The notes under the pieces: model-generated
Database searches by the model: none
What the model was told of the DNA's origin: nothing
The model's input: only the letters and a program-made list of their open reading frames with translations
Part shown: piece by piece, positions 14,196 through 26,439 of the stretch
How positions within the stretch are numbered: the first letter of the stretch is position 1
How the letters are laid out: each line of letters opens with the position of its first letter
Position numbers and translations under genes: made by a program
DNA from: Macrostomum hystrix
Taxonomy: Eukaryota > Animalia > Platyhelminthes
Length of the DNA stretch: 64,000 nt
NCBI GenBank assembly: GCA_950097015.1
Contig: CATNEN010000012.1
Location: 930,001 to 994,000 of the forward strand
Reading direction: 5' to 3'

Positions 14196-14714
14196 AGGCC
14201 GGCTGTCACAGAAGGGCAGTGTGTTGTTATTTTTCATCCTAGCTACTGGGTTGGGGGACTTGTTGACACATCTAAACTTAAGGGGTTCCGACTGTTAAGT
14301 GTGCTACTAAACAGCAAAATCGTTGTAAACGGCAATGGTTTGTGACGCGACATTGTGATGTAAAAAACGGATACAAAGCACACAGTTATAAGTCTTTGTT
14401 TATCTCGGCTCTAAACGTTGATCTTTTGTTTGATTTATTTGTCTCTTTTTCCTGTCTCCAGCACTCTTTTCGAGTTTCGAACCCTTTATTAAACTGGGTT
14501 CTGTGTCCTGCGTCATGTACAACTATAGCTAGCTGTTTTGTTATTCGTAAACGACACGTTCCGTACCGCCATCAGACACAACTTCCCCTAATATCCTTCC
14601 GTAAATTATCAAGCTCAGACAGCCTAACAGATTTCCATCTGGTACACGCATACTGTACACAAACACTTATTTATGTGGATGCCGTGTGACAGGGAAAGAG
14701 TAAGTGATTTGATG

Positions 14715-15200
14715 GGTGCAGTGAAGGGGTAAATAAAATGAGGCGGTGGGTGCAACCGACTGGGTAGAGAAAATGGGGGGTATGTGCAACCGACTGGGTA
14801 GAGAAAATGGGGGGTATGTGCAACCGACTGGGTAGAGAAACCAAGGTTGTGGGTGGAATTGACGTGGTAGACAAAATGAGGTGGTGGGTGGAATCGACGG
14901 GGTAGAGAAAATGGGGGGTATGTGCAACCGACGGGGTAGAGAAAATGGGGGGTATGTTCAACCGACGGGGTAGAGAAAATGGGGGGTATGTGCAACCGAC
15001 GGGGTAGAGAAAATGGGGGGTATGTGCAACCGACGGGGTAGAGAAACCAAGGTTGTGGGTGGAATTGACGTGTTAGACAAAATGAGGTGGTGGGTGGAAT
15101 CGACGGGGTAGAGAAAATGAGGTGGTGGGTGCAGTGAAGCCATAAAAATGTTGCGGTGGGTGAGTTTAACGGGGTATAGAAAATGAGGTAATGGGTGCAG
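14715..15200. repeat. G-rich about 34-bp minisatellite (GGGTAGAGAAAATGGGGGGTATGTGCAACCGAC / AAAATGAGGTGGTGGGTG)
   Basis: Tandem units read directly; related to the 26440-27215 array. Confidence 0.9.
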
Positions 15201-15773
15201 TAAATGGTTAGTAAAAATGGGTGGTGGTGAAACGTGGGGATTGATAATACTTATAGATACCATTATTGTTAAGATTTTTTTTATTTACATCCTACGAAGT
15301 TTGCTGGTTATGATTTATGTTTCTATAGTGGTGAGTAAGTTGTGCGGTGCTTTTGGATTCTACTATACGCTTTACTTCAGAGATCGAATGTTTATTTAAC
15401 AACTAAAGCTGTTTTTATGCGACACACTACGGGCTACTTGCAGTAGCATCATTCGCATGCCGTGCGCAGTTTAAAGAAATAATAACTTGCTTAAATAGTA
15501 TCTCGCTTCGCCCCGCTTTCTCAGTGTGAGCTAATGAGAGCTCAGATGATCATAAGTAGCAGTTGCTTAGAGTGTCGCTTTTTTATATTCTGACTGGCCT
15601 AATAAACAAACTCAGCAAAATAAAGAATGAGGCGCTTACTGTGCCTAACTATTCCTCTCCTGTCTTGTTTCCAAATAAATTTAATAACTAATCATTTGTG
15701 GAATTGTCTGAAGTTTTTTTCAATTTTAAAGCTATCATAACTTTTTAGGTACCCTGGTTACATGTACAGCTCT

Positions 15774-16040
15774 GGGCGTTTTAGCCTTGTGGTTAGAGCG
15801 TCGGATCCACAAATCGAAAGTCGTGGGTTCGATTTCCGACTTCAATGGATCAATGCCACTTAATTGACACAAGAGCAGGAGACTTAAATCTTAATTGCTT
15901 CAGTTCAGCCAGCTGTTAAATGGGTACAAGCATTAGATAGGCTAATTGAGGGTGGGTGTGGCGTCCATGGACTGAACAGCCGTACACTGACTTCAGGTCA
16001 CACAGCGCAACTGTTCCGGCAGTAATTTTGGCTGCATATC
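15774..16040 (+). mobile_element. Diverged copy of tRNA-derived SINE family 1
   Basis: A-box TAGCCTTGTGG and B-box GGTTCGATTTCC; body CAGCTGTTAAATGGGTAC and GGTGGGTGTGGCGTCC...CATGGACTGAACAGCCGTAC are shared with the 45.2-kb copy. Confidence 0.85.
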
Positions 16041-16162
16041 GTGCTATATCGAAATTAGTAGGGATCATTTCTTATGAGTTCATTAAACTTTTTGTTTGCC
16101 AACATAATTTCCAGCTAACCAACTAGCTTTCCGCATAGTAAATCAATTGTTATTCAGCAGGC

Positions 16163-16495
16163 ATGCCTACCTGTGCTGTGCCACTCATCTGTCGGGCCTC
16201 TGTAACATCCTTCTGTCGGTATTTCGCCCTGTCGCCATACCGGATGTTGGCGTCTTCATCTTCGTCTTCATCTGGTAAGCAGCAACAGTCGCCGGATGCT
16301 TCGGCTTGTCAGCAGCAGAAGCCGCCGGAAGTAGCCGTCAAGTCGAAGGCGCCGCATCCGGATGCACCGAAGGAGCCGCTGGAGGCATTTCCGGGCAATG
16401 TCAATCCGGTTACGGGCGAAATCGAGGGGCCGAGAGGACCGGAGCCGACGCGCTACGGCGACTGGGAGCGCAAGGGGCGTTGCATCGACTTTTGA
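16163..16495 (+). CDS. SDHAF4: Succinate dehydrogenase assembly factor 4 (DUF1674), 110 aa
   Basis: Diagnostic C-terminus [30 protein letters not shown]; the N-terminus resembles a mitochondrial presequence. Confidence 0.96.
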   Translation: MPTCAVPLICRASVTSFCRYFALSPYRMLASSSSSSSGKQQQSPDASACQQQKPPEVAVKSKAPHPDAPKEPLEAFPGNVNPVTGEIEGPRGPEPTRYGDWERKGRCIDF

Positions 16496-16974
16496 ATTCT
16501 AGTGCGGATTTGGTGGTGTTTTTCGATACATATCGCGGGGAGGATAGTAACTTGGGTGAATACTGGGGTTCGTTTAGTTTCGATATACGTCAGAAAGAGT
16601 CTTTTCGACACATATCGGAAACACTTGTTTTTCGATACATATCGGAGAATGAATTATTTCGATCCATATCGGGGGTGTTCGCTTCATCTGCCTGTTACCT
16701 AGTTCCTCAATTAGCTAGCTGCATTAGTTTAGTTTAGCCTCGCTTAGTTTGCTATTGGGTCCGTAACCGGTTCGTCAGAAACTATATGAGTAAAACTGTA
16801 ATTATATATATCGCTTTGTACTATTTGTCACCTTTATTGAAAAAAATATATAATTATTTAGATTTGAAACTTTTTGTTTTAGAGAGCTTTTCGCCTTAGT
16901 CGATTGTGCTATTTTATACTAGTCTTTAGTCTTTAAGATGTGTCATCACATTCTGTGTAATATATAACCTCATT

Positions 16975-17428
16975 AGCAAGCGTGACTCAATCAAAGCAGC
17001 AAGAGTGACTCAATCAAAGCAGCAAGAGTGACTCAATCAAAGCAGCAAGAGTGACTCAATCAAAGCAGCAAGAGTGACTCAATCAAAGCAGCAAGAGTGA
17101 CTCAATCAAAGCAGCAAGAGTGACTCAATCAAAGCAGCAAGCGTGACTCAATCAAAGCAGCAAGAGTGACTCAATCAAAGCAGCAAGAGTGACTCAATCA
17201 AAGCAGCAAGAGTGACTCAATCAAAGCAGCAAGAGTGACTCAATCAAAGCAGCAAGAGTGACTCAATCAAACCAGCAAGAGTGACTCAATCAAAGCAGCA
17301 AGAGTGACTCAATCAAAGCAGCAAGAGTGACTCAATCAAAGCAGCAAGAGTGACTCAATCAAAGCAGCAAGAGTGACTCAATCAAAGCAGCAAGAGTGAC
17401 TCAATCAAAGCAGCAAGAGTGACTCAAT
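16975..17428. repeat. 23-bp minisatellite (GAGTGACTCAATCAAAGCAGCAA)n, about 20 copies
   Basis: Near-perfect tandem array read directly. Confidence 0.97.
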
Positions 17429-17890
17429 GTGTGTGTGGGGTGTTTGTTCCAGCCAAAATGTACCCTAGAAAGATTTCTTATGGACAATTTTCTTTTGCGC
17501 GGAAAATTATTCTAAACAGCGCGCATCAGGCCTTTTTCCCCAAGCGTTGTGAACTATTAATACTTGTGAAACGGCTTATAGGGGGGGCTTTTCCAACGGA
17601 CTGTGCGCGCCGAACGCGCCCTCCACACAGCTGATTAGATTGTGTGGCTGTGGAATGCTAATGCACGCAAGTGGAAATTTACCGGCCTATTTTCCATTGG
17701 TCTTATATTGCGGGTTCTATTCTTGGCTAAGTGGTGGTAAATAAAACACAACGGTTAAGGGAGAGAAGGAATATCTGAATTCACTAACATTTTAGACTGG
17801 ACAGTATAAAGTGAGGCGTCTTTAACCGCAATCGCAGCTGGTCATATTTTTACAGCTCATAGACTCTATAGTCGAAGGCAAAGCGCAGAC

Positions 17891-19074
17891 ATGTCCACAG
17901 ACTATCACGGCTACGCCACATTCCAAGAGTTTCTGGACAATGTGCAGTACTCCAGGGTTGGCATTCTTAGCTACGAGAAAATCTTTGGCCACACCTATGT
18001 TAGTACCGGCGGTGAGGACACCACGGCCGACCTGTGCTCAGATCTCAAACTGGGACCGGACAGTCGCGTGCTGGACATCGGCTGCGGCATCGGCGGCAGC
18101 GCGTTCTACCTGGCACGGAAGTACGGCTGCCAGGTGGAGGGAATCGATCTGTCCAAAAATATGCTGGATATTGGATTAGAACGATTGAGCGAGCAGACGG
18201 CCAAATGTGAGGATTCCAAACGTTTGCGAATTTCTCGCGCACTCAGTGCTGACGACAAGTTAGATGACGAGTGTCTATAGTAATCGTTACTCACGCCGTT
18301 TACCCATTATTCTATTGTTTTGTAGTTTAAAATTTGCATTCAACCCATTTTTTCTAGCCGGTATACGCGAAGGTCAAGTTCGCCTAACCCTGGCCGACTG
18401 CACCACAGTTGACTATCCCGACGCCTCCTACGATCTGGTGTACAGCCGTGACACCATCTTGCACATCGCCGACAAGCTGGCCCTGTATAAGCGCTGCCTT
18501 CGCTGGCTGAAGCCTGGCGGTCGTCTCCTGGTGACAGACTACTGCTGCGGCGAGAAGCCCTGGCCGGATGATTACGCTTCCTACGTGAAGCAGCGCGGCT
18601 ATCACCTGTTGACGGTGCCGGAGTACGGCCAGCTGTTGTCGGAGGCTGGATTTGCCGATGTGGCCGCGATCGACTTTACTGATAGATTCCGTCTAGCTCT
18701 GGTTGACGAGCGGTCGCGCGTGCTAGAGCTGCGCGAGCATTTTGTTAAGGTAAAGAACGAATCAGGGGGTTATTTTTTGCACTCTGGCAGGAAATTTGCT
18801 ATGTTTACTTTATTTTCTACTAGTGACAGTAGGTAATTTGGAATCGGAAAGAGAAAAAAATATTTTTGTCCACCGAAGAAAATTCGCATAATGTTGCCTA
18901 TTGTTCTTAGTATTTTGTCGAAGTCTTAATCTAAAATTCTTTTCTAATCTTCGATTGCAGGAGTTGGGTGAGGAGATGTACCAGTACATCCTGGACGGCT
19001 GGGTTGCTAAAATTGGCCGGGTGGATCGCGGCTGCCAGCGCTGGGGCCTATTCAAGGCTGCGAAACCGGTGTGA
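17891..19074 (+). CDS. PMT: Phosphoethanolamine N-methyltransferase, single SAM-dependent domain, 273 aa, 3 exons
   Basis: Exons 17891-18206, 18358-18749 and 18961-19074 join in frame (822 nt). Motifs FQEFLDNVQY, YEKIFG..YVSTGG, VLDIGCGIGG, YSRDTILHI, LKPGGRLLVTDY and a GW...QRWGLF C-terminus match the PMT/PEAMT family. Confidence 0.93.
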
Positions 19075-21683
19075 ACTGACTTATTTAGCTAGAGTTAGTA
19101 GTTATGCCATTTTCATCCTCTTCCATTTTACATTCATTGGAATGTGTTACTATGACTGTTATTACGCATATTAACTGATTATAAATGCCAAAAATCATTC
19201 GGTTCAGGATTGTCATTATGCCCGTGCATATTTAATGAATTATGCTTTTTCTTCTCTATCATGGAATCTTTCAATAAATAAAATGCTTTTGATTTCGATT
19301 GACATATTGTCGTGGTATTTTTATATGACGTAATCATTTTTTTATTTAATGCAGCAATAACCAAACACCAAACAACATTGATCATAATTATTGGTAATTA
19401 TTGTTATCAGTTTATTTAGACTTAAAACTTAACTCTGTCGATGCGACTGCGTGCAACTATTTATACATTGAGGATGTTCATGAAAAGCTGTGCATCGCGA
19501 TCGTGTAATAATAATATTGAGCATCGTTTAATATCTACTACGGCAGAATTCACTTGGACACTTAACAGCCACTTAACAGCCTTTGTTAGGCACATAGCTA
19601 TTGCAAAATTTGCTTCCTTGAACGGATGTACATACGCGAAGAATAAAAATCATTCGTAACTCTATCACCCTTTCAATTAAAAGTCAATTTGCACCGGGAT
19701 CGAATAAAAGACTAGTTAGGAAATTTTCTAACTAATATAAACGCTCACGAGTATTTCCATGTAAATTATGAACTCTGTTGATATTTTTACGAATTTAGAT
19801 TAACACATTGATCGATCAAAATCAAAAGAAACAAGTCGTAATTTTCTTTTAAAGATTAGTTGCTTGTATTAGAATAATCACACCTGACTGACTAAAATTG
19901 TTAAGTAATATCGGTTTGTTTTAACTTCTTCATGGACACAATTTTAACTATTTGATGTGTTGGAAGGCAGGGAGAAAGACGAGCAGTTGTATACGTATGA
20001 ATAATTCGTAGGCAGGTGTGACCTTGTCGTCAACCTTGCTCGTGCTTCTCATTCGTTTGCTTCGTTATATTTTTCCATAGGCCGCTGGCTTGCGGGATCT
20101 CTTTACTACATGTGTGTGTGTTAGGTGGTGTTAGGAGGTTTTACCCCTAGACACTTCGCACGAGCACAACAAAAAGTAATCGCAGTTAGTGTGTAGCTCG
20201 TAAGCCCACATGAATTCCTGATATGAATTCGTGAATTTAAATATATTAAATATATATATTAAGTATTAATTCATTAATTAATATATTATTAATATATATT
20301 AATGAATTAATATATATATATTAATTCAAAAGCACATGAATTTAAATGTAGCGACAATTTATATCGTTCATATTTAAGTCTGGTCAAGTTTGCTATTATT
20401 ACGAGAGTGCCTATAATTTGAGAAACTAGCGCATAAAACCAACGAAAAATCAATTGATTTTCTGCATATCCAAGTTTCTGTTCTGTTCCTGTTTCCTGTT
20501 CTGTATTGAATTTACCTAATTGTATATATTGAAGCAACGGTATGAAAGTGAGCGAAAACGTGTAGTTTAAATGAAAATTAAGAAATAAGTTCCTTTTACA
20601 CATTTTCTCTAAAATTTACTTCAAGGGCGACTCGAGTTACATATATACGCAGTCCTCTTACATATATTATTTACCTATTTTCTTGTAGTTCTCGATCCAC
20701 ATCGAGGAATCGATAATCTAATCTATATATTTTGAAGAACAAATTACGTTATAATTCAAAATGATGATAAAGTGATAAACGTAGGAATGTATATATAAAT
20801 GGTTCTGTAATATGTTTAATTATTATGCCGTCAAGCATTTTGTAGCTAAAGCCAGCAAAAAGTAGCTGTTCTTTTATTTTAATTTGTTTGACTATACCGA
20901 TTTTGGATATCTTCAATATTTGAATTTCGAAGGCATTCTAAAAAGTTACCGTTGAGGTAGTCCTTACCTTAACAAGCTAGTAATTGGTAGCAGTAAAGCT
21001 TTCATGGCATTTTAATCTAATAGTTTTTTCTATATACATATATATATTCTTATATATAATTATATAGATATTTATTTAAATTTAAATTTAAATTTATTTA
21101 TTTTGAAGGTTTGAAGCTTGAAGGTTTAGATTTTGTTGCGGTTATTACAATCTCAGTTTATATGACAACTATATTCAAATCTATAAGATAACCATATTTT
21201 TTAGTCAATGACATTTACCAAGGTTAAAAAACATTCCTAACATTGAGAAATTAGTAAAATTATCCCGAATCAGATAGCAGGTATCGTAAGCATATTCTCA
21301 TACCTAAATTAACTCAATGTAATTCAAGGCAACTGAATTAAGATAGTGAATGGTAAACTTCAGTTCATTTAGTTAAATATTATCAACATCTTAATTAACA
21401 AAACTGGCTCAGTATGAATTCACTTATTATTGGCAATATTTACCAGTATATATTTAGATTGATAGACTAAAGGCCTATTATGGTGTCTTCAAGCAATTTA
21501 TTAAAAATGTCATTTTATTGTCATATTTTATTTCGAGAGTTTTCATTAAAACATGAATGCACTCTTCCGATGAGAATAGTTTGAATCCTTGTGAATATAG
21601 ATTCCACTTATTCTGAATGACGTTTAATAGCGGTGAAGTTTTGCTTCAAAATGTATAGTTAACACACTGGCTTAAACTGACAG

Positions 21684-24600
21684 ACTGACGACAATCGAAA
21701 GACCAGCTGCTGCTGCAGCTGCCGCTGCAAAGCTGGGGAGGCCAGCAACGGCAGTTCGCCGAGTCCCGGCCGCAGCAGTTCCCACAGTTGGGCCATCTGC
21801 GGCACAGTGCAAGGCATCCTGGCGAACAGCACCGCCCACGGCATCAGCCGGTCAGCCTCCGCTGACAACACGCCGATGAGGGTGATGTGGCTGCTGCTGT
21901 TCTTGGTCTTCTTGGGCCTGTTCTTCAACAACACCAGCACCTTGGTCAGGCGGCTCAGCGAGAACAAAATCGAGAAGACCTACGAGCTGGACAAGGTGCC
22001 GTTCATCTTCCCCGACTTGTACTTTTGTCCCACTAATCCCTACTCGGGCAGCTTTCCGTTCGTGCTCAGCCCGGACGAGGCCAACGAGGTCAACCAGGAA
22101 ATCAAGCGACTGGGCAGCCTGTACGACTTCGTGTTCAACAACTCCGTCGGTGGCATGCATACTAGCATGAAGGCCAGGGCCTCCTTCATCCAGAACTCCC
22201 TGCCTGTGGATCTCATCACCAAATACCTGGCGCACCGGGCTTCTCAGTCCGTAATGCGCTGCACAATCTCTTCTCTGCACGAGACCTTCAGTGTGCCAAT
22301 GGTGGAGTTCAGCCATCCTGAGAACCTCATCTGCTTCAAGCTGCTTCTAACGGAGGAGCAGCGGCACCAGCTGGAGACGAAGATGTACAAACTGGAGGTG
22401 CAGCTGTCGGCCGATCCGTACTTTACGGACTTCTCCTACCCGGGGCATCACATCCAGCCGATGGTGGACCCGGACTCTGGCGAGCAGATTCTCTACCAGG
22501 ACTGGCACCCGACAGTTGGCATCGAGCGCCTAAAGAGCTCTGGCTTCTCAATGCTGATCGTGCAGAACGGCACGTATCCGTCGTTCGACCACGAGACCAG
22601 CTTCCTGCTGTCGCCTGGCAAGTCCTACATGGTCACACTCGAGATGGAGGAGAACAACTACAGCCACGACCTCCACGGCTACAACTGCAGCGAGAACAAT
22701 CACGATGTAGTGATGAAGGACTACCTCACTGATGAGGCGGTGAACTTTACCTACAGCTACTCGGCCTGCTACTATCACGAGATGAGCAAGATCCTTCTGC
22801 AGGAGCTGCAGTGCGTCTTCTCCCACTACCCGATTTTCTGGGCAATGCGGGGCGCACAGCGCTGCTTCAACATGTCCGAGTCGAGCAAGCTCAGCATTCA
22901 GGCCATGCAGAGCAAGCCGATCGACTGGAAGCTGGTCGAAGCCAAAATCAAGAGCATCTGCCAGCCGGCCCAGCCCTGCCAGCACCCCAAGTACACGGCC
23001 AGCTTCTCCTTCGCCAAGTGGCCCAGCGTTGGCAGCTCCGCGGTGAGCTATTTCGCCCGAATGTCTCTGAGCAATGACAGCCAGCACACTGCGCCAGCCA
23101 CCGCCGAGCTCATCAGCATCGCCAAGGAGCTGAATTCGGGTTGGTGCACTGGTCATTCAGTTGATTGGTCATTAAGTTGATTGGTCATTCAGTTGATTGG
23201 TCATTCAGTTCATTGGTCATTCAGTTGATTGGTCATTCAGTTGATTGGTCATTCAGTTGATTGGTCATTCAGTTGATTGGTCATTCAGTTCATTGGTCAT
23301 TCAGTTGATTGGTCATTCAGTTCATTGGTCATTCAGTTGATTGGTCATTCAGTTCATTGGTCATTCAGTTGATTGGTCATTCAGTTCATTGGTCATTCAG
23401 TTGATTGGTCATTCAGTTGATTGGTCATTCAGTTGATTGGTCATTCAGTTGATTGGTCATTCAGTTGATTGGTCATTCAGTTCATTGGTTATTCAGTTCA
23501 TTGGTCATTCAGTTCATTGGTCATTCAGTTCATTGGTCATTCATTTCATTGGTCATTCAGTTGATTGGTCATTCATTTCATTGGTCATTCAGTTCATTGG
23601 TCATTCAGTTGATTGGTCATTCAGTTCATTGGTCATTCAGTTGATTGGTCATTCAGTTGATTGGTCATTCAGTTGATTGGTCATTCAGTTGATTGGTCAT
23701 TCAGTTGATTGGTCATTCAGTTGATTGGTCATTCAGTTGATTGGTCATTCAGTTCATTGGTTATTCAGTTCATTGGTCATTCAGTTCATTGGTCATTCAG
23801 TTCATTGGTCATTCATTTCATTGGTCATTCAGTTCATTGGTCATTCATTTCATTGGTCATTCAGTTCATTGGTCATTCAGTTCATTGGTCATTCAGTTCA
23901 TTGGTCATTCAGTTCATTGGTCATTCAGTTCATTGGTCATTCATTTCATTGGTCATTCAGTTGATTGGTCATTCAGTTCATTGGTCATTCAGTTGATTGG
24001 TCATTCAGTTCATTGGTCATTCAGTTCATTGGTCATTCAGTTGATTGGTCATTCAGTTGATTGGTCATTCAGTTGATTGGTCATTCAGTTGATTGGTCAT
24101 TCAGTTGATTGGTCATTCAGTTGATTGGTCATTCAGTTCATTGGTTATTCAGTTCATTGGTCATTCAGTTCATTGGTCATTCAGTTCATTGGTCATTCAT
24201 TTCATTGGTCATTCAGTTGATTGGTCATTCATTTCATTGGTCATTCAGTTCATTGGTCATTCAGTTGATTGGTCATTCAGTTCATTGGTCATTCAGTTGA
24301 TTGGTCATTCAGTTGATTGGTCATTCAGTTGATTGGTCATTCAGTTGATTGGTCATTCAGTTGATTGGTCATTCAGTTGATTGGTCATTCAGTTGATTGG
24401 TCATTCAGTTCATTGGTTATTCAGTTCATTGGTCATTCAGTTCATTGGTCATTCAGTTCATTGGTCATTCATTTCATTGGTCATTCAGTTCATTGGTCAT
24501 TCATTTCATTGGTCATTCAGTTCATTGGTCATTCAGTTCATTGGTCATTCAGTTCATTGGTCATTCAGTTCATTGGTCATTCAGTTCATTGGTCATTCAT

Positions 24601-25051
24601 TTCATTGGTCATTCAGTTGATTGGTCATTCATTTCATTGGTCATTCAGTTCATTGGTCATTCAGTTCATTGGTCATCCCAATCCAAGTTTCCTAACGGCC
24701 AAACTCGCCACAGGCAAGCATTCGGCCCACCTGGAGGGCGTGTTCCGCTCCTACATCACCGAGTCCATGATCAGCGTGACCATCACTCCGGCCAGCACCC
24801 TCTCGCCGCAGGTGATCATCGCCAGGTCGTACTCCGCCACCGCCTTCCTAGCCGACACTGGAGGCCTACTGGGACTGTACATCGGCTGCAGCCTGCTAAC
24901 GGTGTGCGAGCTGTTCGAGTTGATGTACAGCCTGGCCGACAAAATCCTGTTCGGTCGCCGGCAGACCCGGAATCACCGCTGCGAACATCTGTCGATGAAA
25001 TCTGGCGACGACGCCGCGGATGACCTAATGGCCCCACAGGCCTCGGTGTGA
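21684..25051 (+). CDS. DEG/ENaC (amiloride-sensitive sodium channel family) subunit
   Basis: Exon about 21684-23143 (NSTAHGI HG motif, TM1, FPDLYFCPTNPY, thumb cysteines, AKWPS) and exon 24688-25051 (FLADTGGLLGLYIGCSLLTVCE TM2). The donor at 23144 was chosen for phase compatibility; no ATG precedes the HG motif. Confidence 0.9.
23148..24676. repeat. 16-bp minisatellite (TTGGTCATTCAGTT[G/C]A)n, about 95 copies, filling the DEG/ENaC intron
   Basis: Read directly; explains the VIQFIGHS repeat ORFs. Confidence 0.97.
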
Positions 25052-25137
25052 ATTCATTTTTTAATGAAATGTTGGTTCGAAACTTTCATAATGAAATACC
25101 AAATAGCATGGTGCTTATGCCTCTGGTAAAGAAAGGC

Positions 25138-25275
25138 ATTTCTTGGAAGGAAGTTTAGTTTCTTGGAATGAAATTCAGTTTCTTGGAATGAAAGTCAGTT
25201 TCTTGGAATGAAATTTAGTTTCTTGGAAGTTTATTTTTTTTAGGAATTTTTCTTGGAAAGAGTGAATTTCTTAGA
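25138..25275. repeat. about 20-bp degenerate repeat (TTTCTTGGAATGAAATTCAG)n downstream of the channel stop codon
   Basis: 5-6 degenerate copies. Confidence 0.75.
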
Positions 25276-26439
25276 AAGAACTTTAGCTTCTTGGAAATAC
25301 GGGAACCTGGAATGGTTTTTTGTAAGAATTTTAGTTTCTTAAAAGGAAAAAAATTCTTTTCGTTTCGTTTCGTTTCTTGAAAAGAAATTTAGCCTTAAAA
25401 ACAACAGCAGTTCTTAAGTTAAAGCCCCTGAAAGGCAGCAGAAATACTTAATACGAAACGTTAAATTGGATTGTGAATATTTTTGAGTCTCATTTGAATG
25501 GTAACAACTTTGTTAAAATAATTAGTGTCCATTTGAAATTATCTATTTCAGGGTTCAAATAAAAAAATTGGATTTATTTAAAAGCAAAATTTTCGTTAGA
25601 AAGTACAAAATGATACGATAGCCAGAAGTATTCGTAACAATGGCAAACCGTTGTTAATTAATGGCGTTGAATAAATTTGTGTCAGATTTACAGACAGACA
25701 GCTGCAATAGACACATCTGTCTCAGCCTTGTTTGTCAAACATTGTTCAAATCAGACATCATTATATTACAAAGAGACCCATTTTATTGTGTCCAATTTAA
25801 CTCCTGATGATGGCATAACGACAGCAAATGTCCACAAACTGTCAACTTGTCTAGCCTGTTGGGTATTTTTTTAAATATAATTCTACTCAAGAAGCTATTG
25901 AGTTAGAGTTGTTATAGTTCGATGCGCTGTCTGTTCTCTGTTCTCTGTTCTCAGTCTACAAGTAGTAGAGCTAAAAGGGTTTTTATGTGACAGCGGGAGA
26001 GTTCAAGCTAGCTAACTAGCTAACTAACTGTTAGCAACAAAAAAAGCTTCCACTGAGTATAAAACTCGCATTGTCCAGGTCTGGATAATGCAAGTGATTT
26101 TCAAGACTAAAGGCTTTTGTACCACACAAAAGTAAAACGCAACCCAAGTCGTCCTTTGAATGACAAAAAATCTCACAAGCGTTTTGAGGTTGTGCGAGTG
26201 TGGTTTTGTTCTTTGGCTGCTCAGGTAGTTGTTCTTGCCTTATGCAGTCTTTTCGCTATGAAACCCGTTTTAGTATATTTTTATTGGTAGACTACTGTTT
26301 GAATGCTTGTTAAAAAACAACCTAAACTTTAAAAGCGGCAGTCTCTCAGACGTTTTATCTATATCTACGACTATATGCTACTACTCGTAATTGTGAGTGT
26401 AATAAGCAAAAGATAAGAGCAACTTTAGACTCGTTTTAC

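Noticed and set aside
15774-15850. tRNA gene calls at 15774, 29258 and 45241
   Set aside because: A/B boxes are present but there is no intact acceptor stem or cloverleaf, and each continues into a repeat body; treated as SINE heads.
20220-21110. AT-rich inverted repeats (e.g. ATTAATTCATTAAT…ATTAATGAATTAAT)
   Set aside because: Low-complexity AT sequence; such symmetry is expected by chance.
23437-24687. VIQFIGHS repeat ORFs and the repeat-derived N-terminus of ORF 24365-25051
   Set aside because: 16-bp intronic array; only 24688-25051 is coding.
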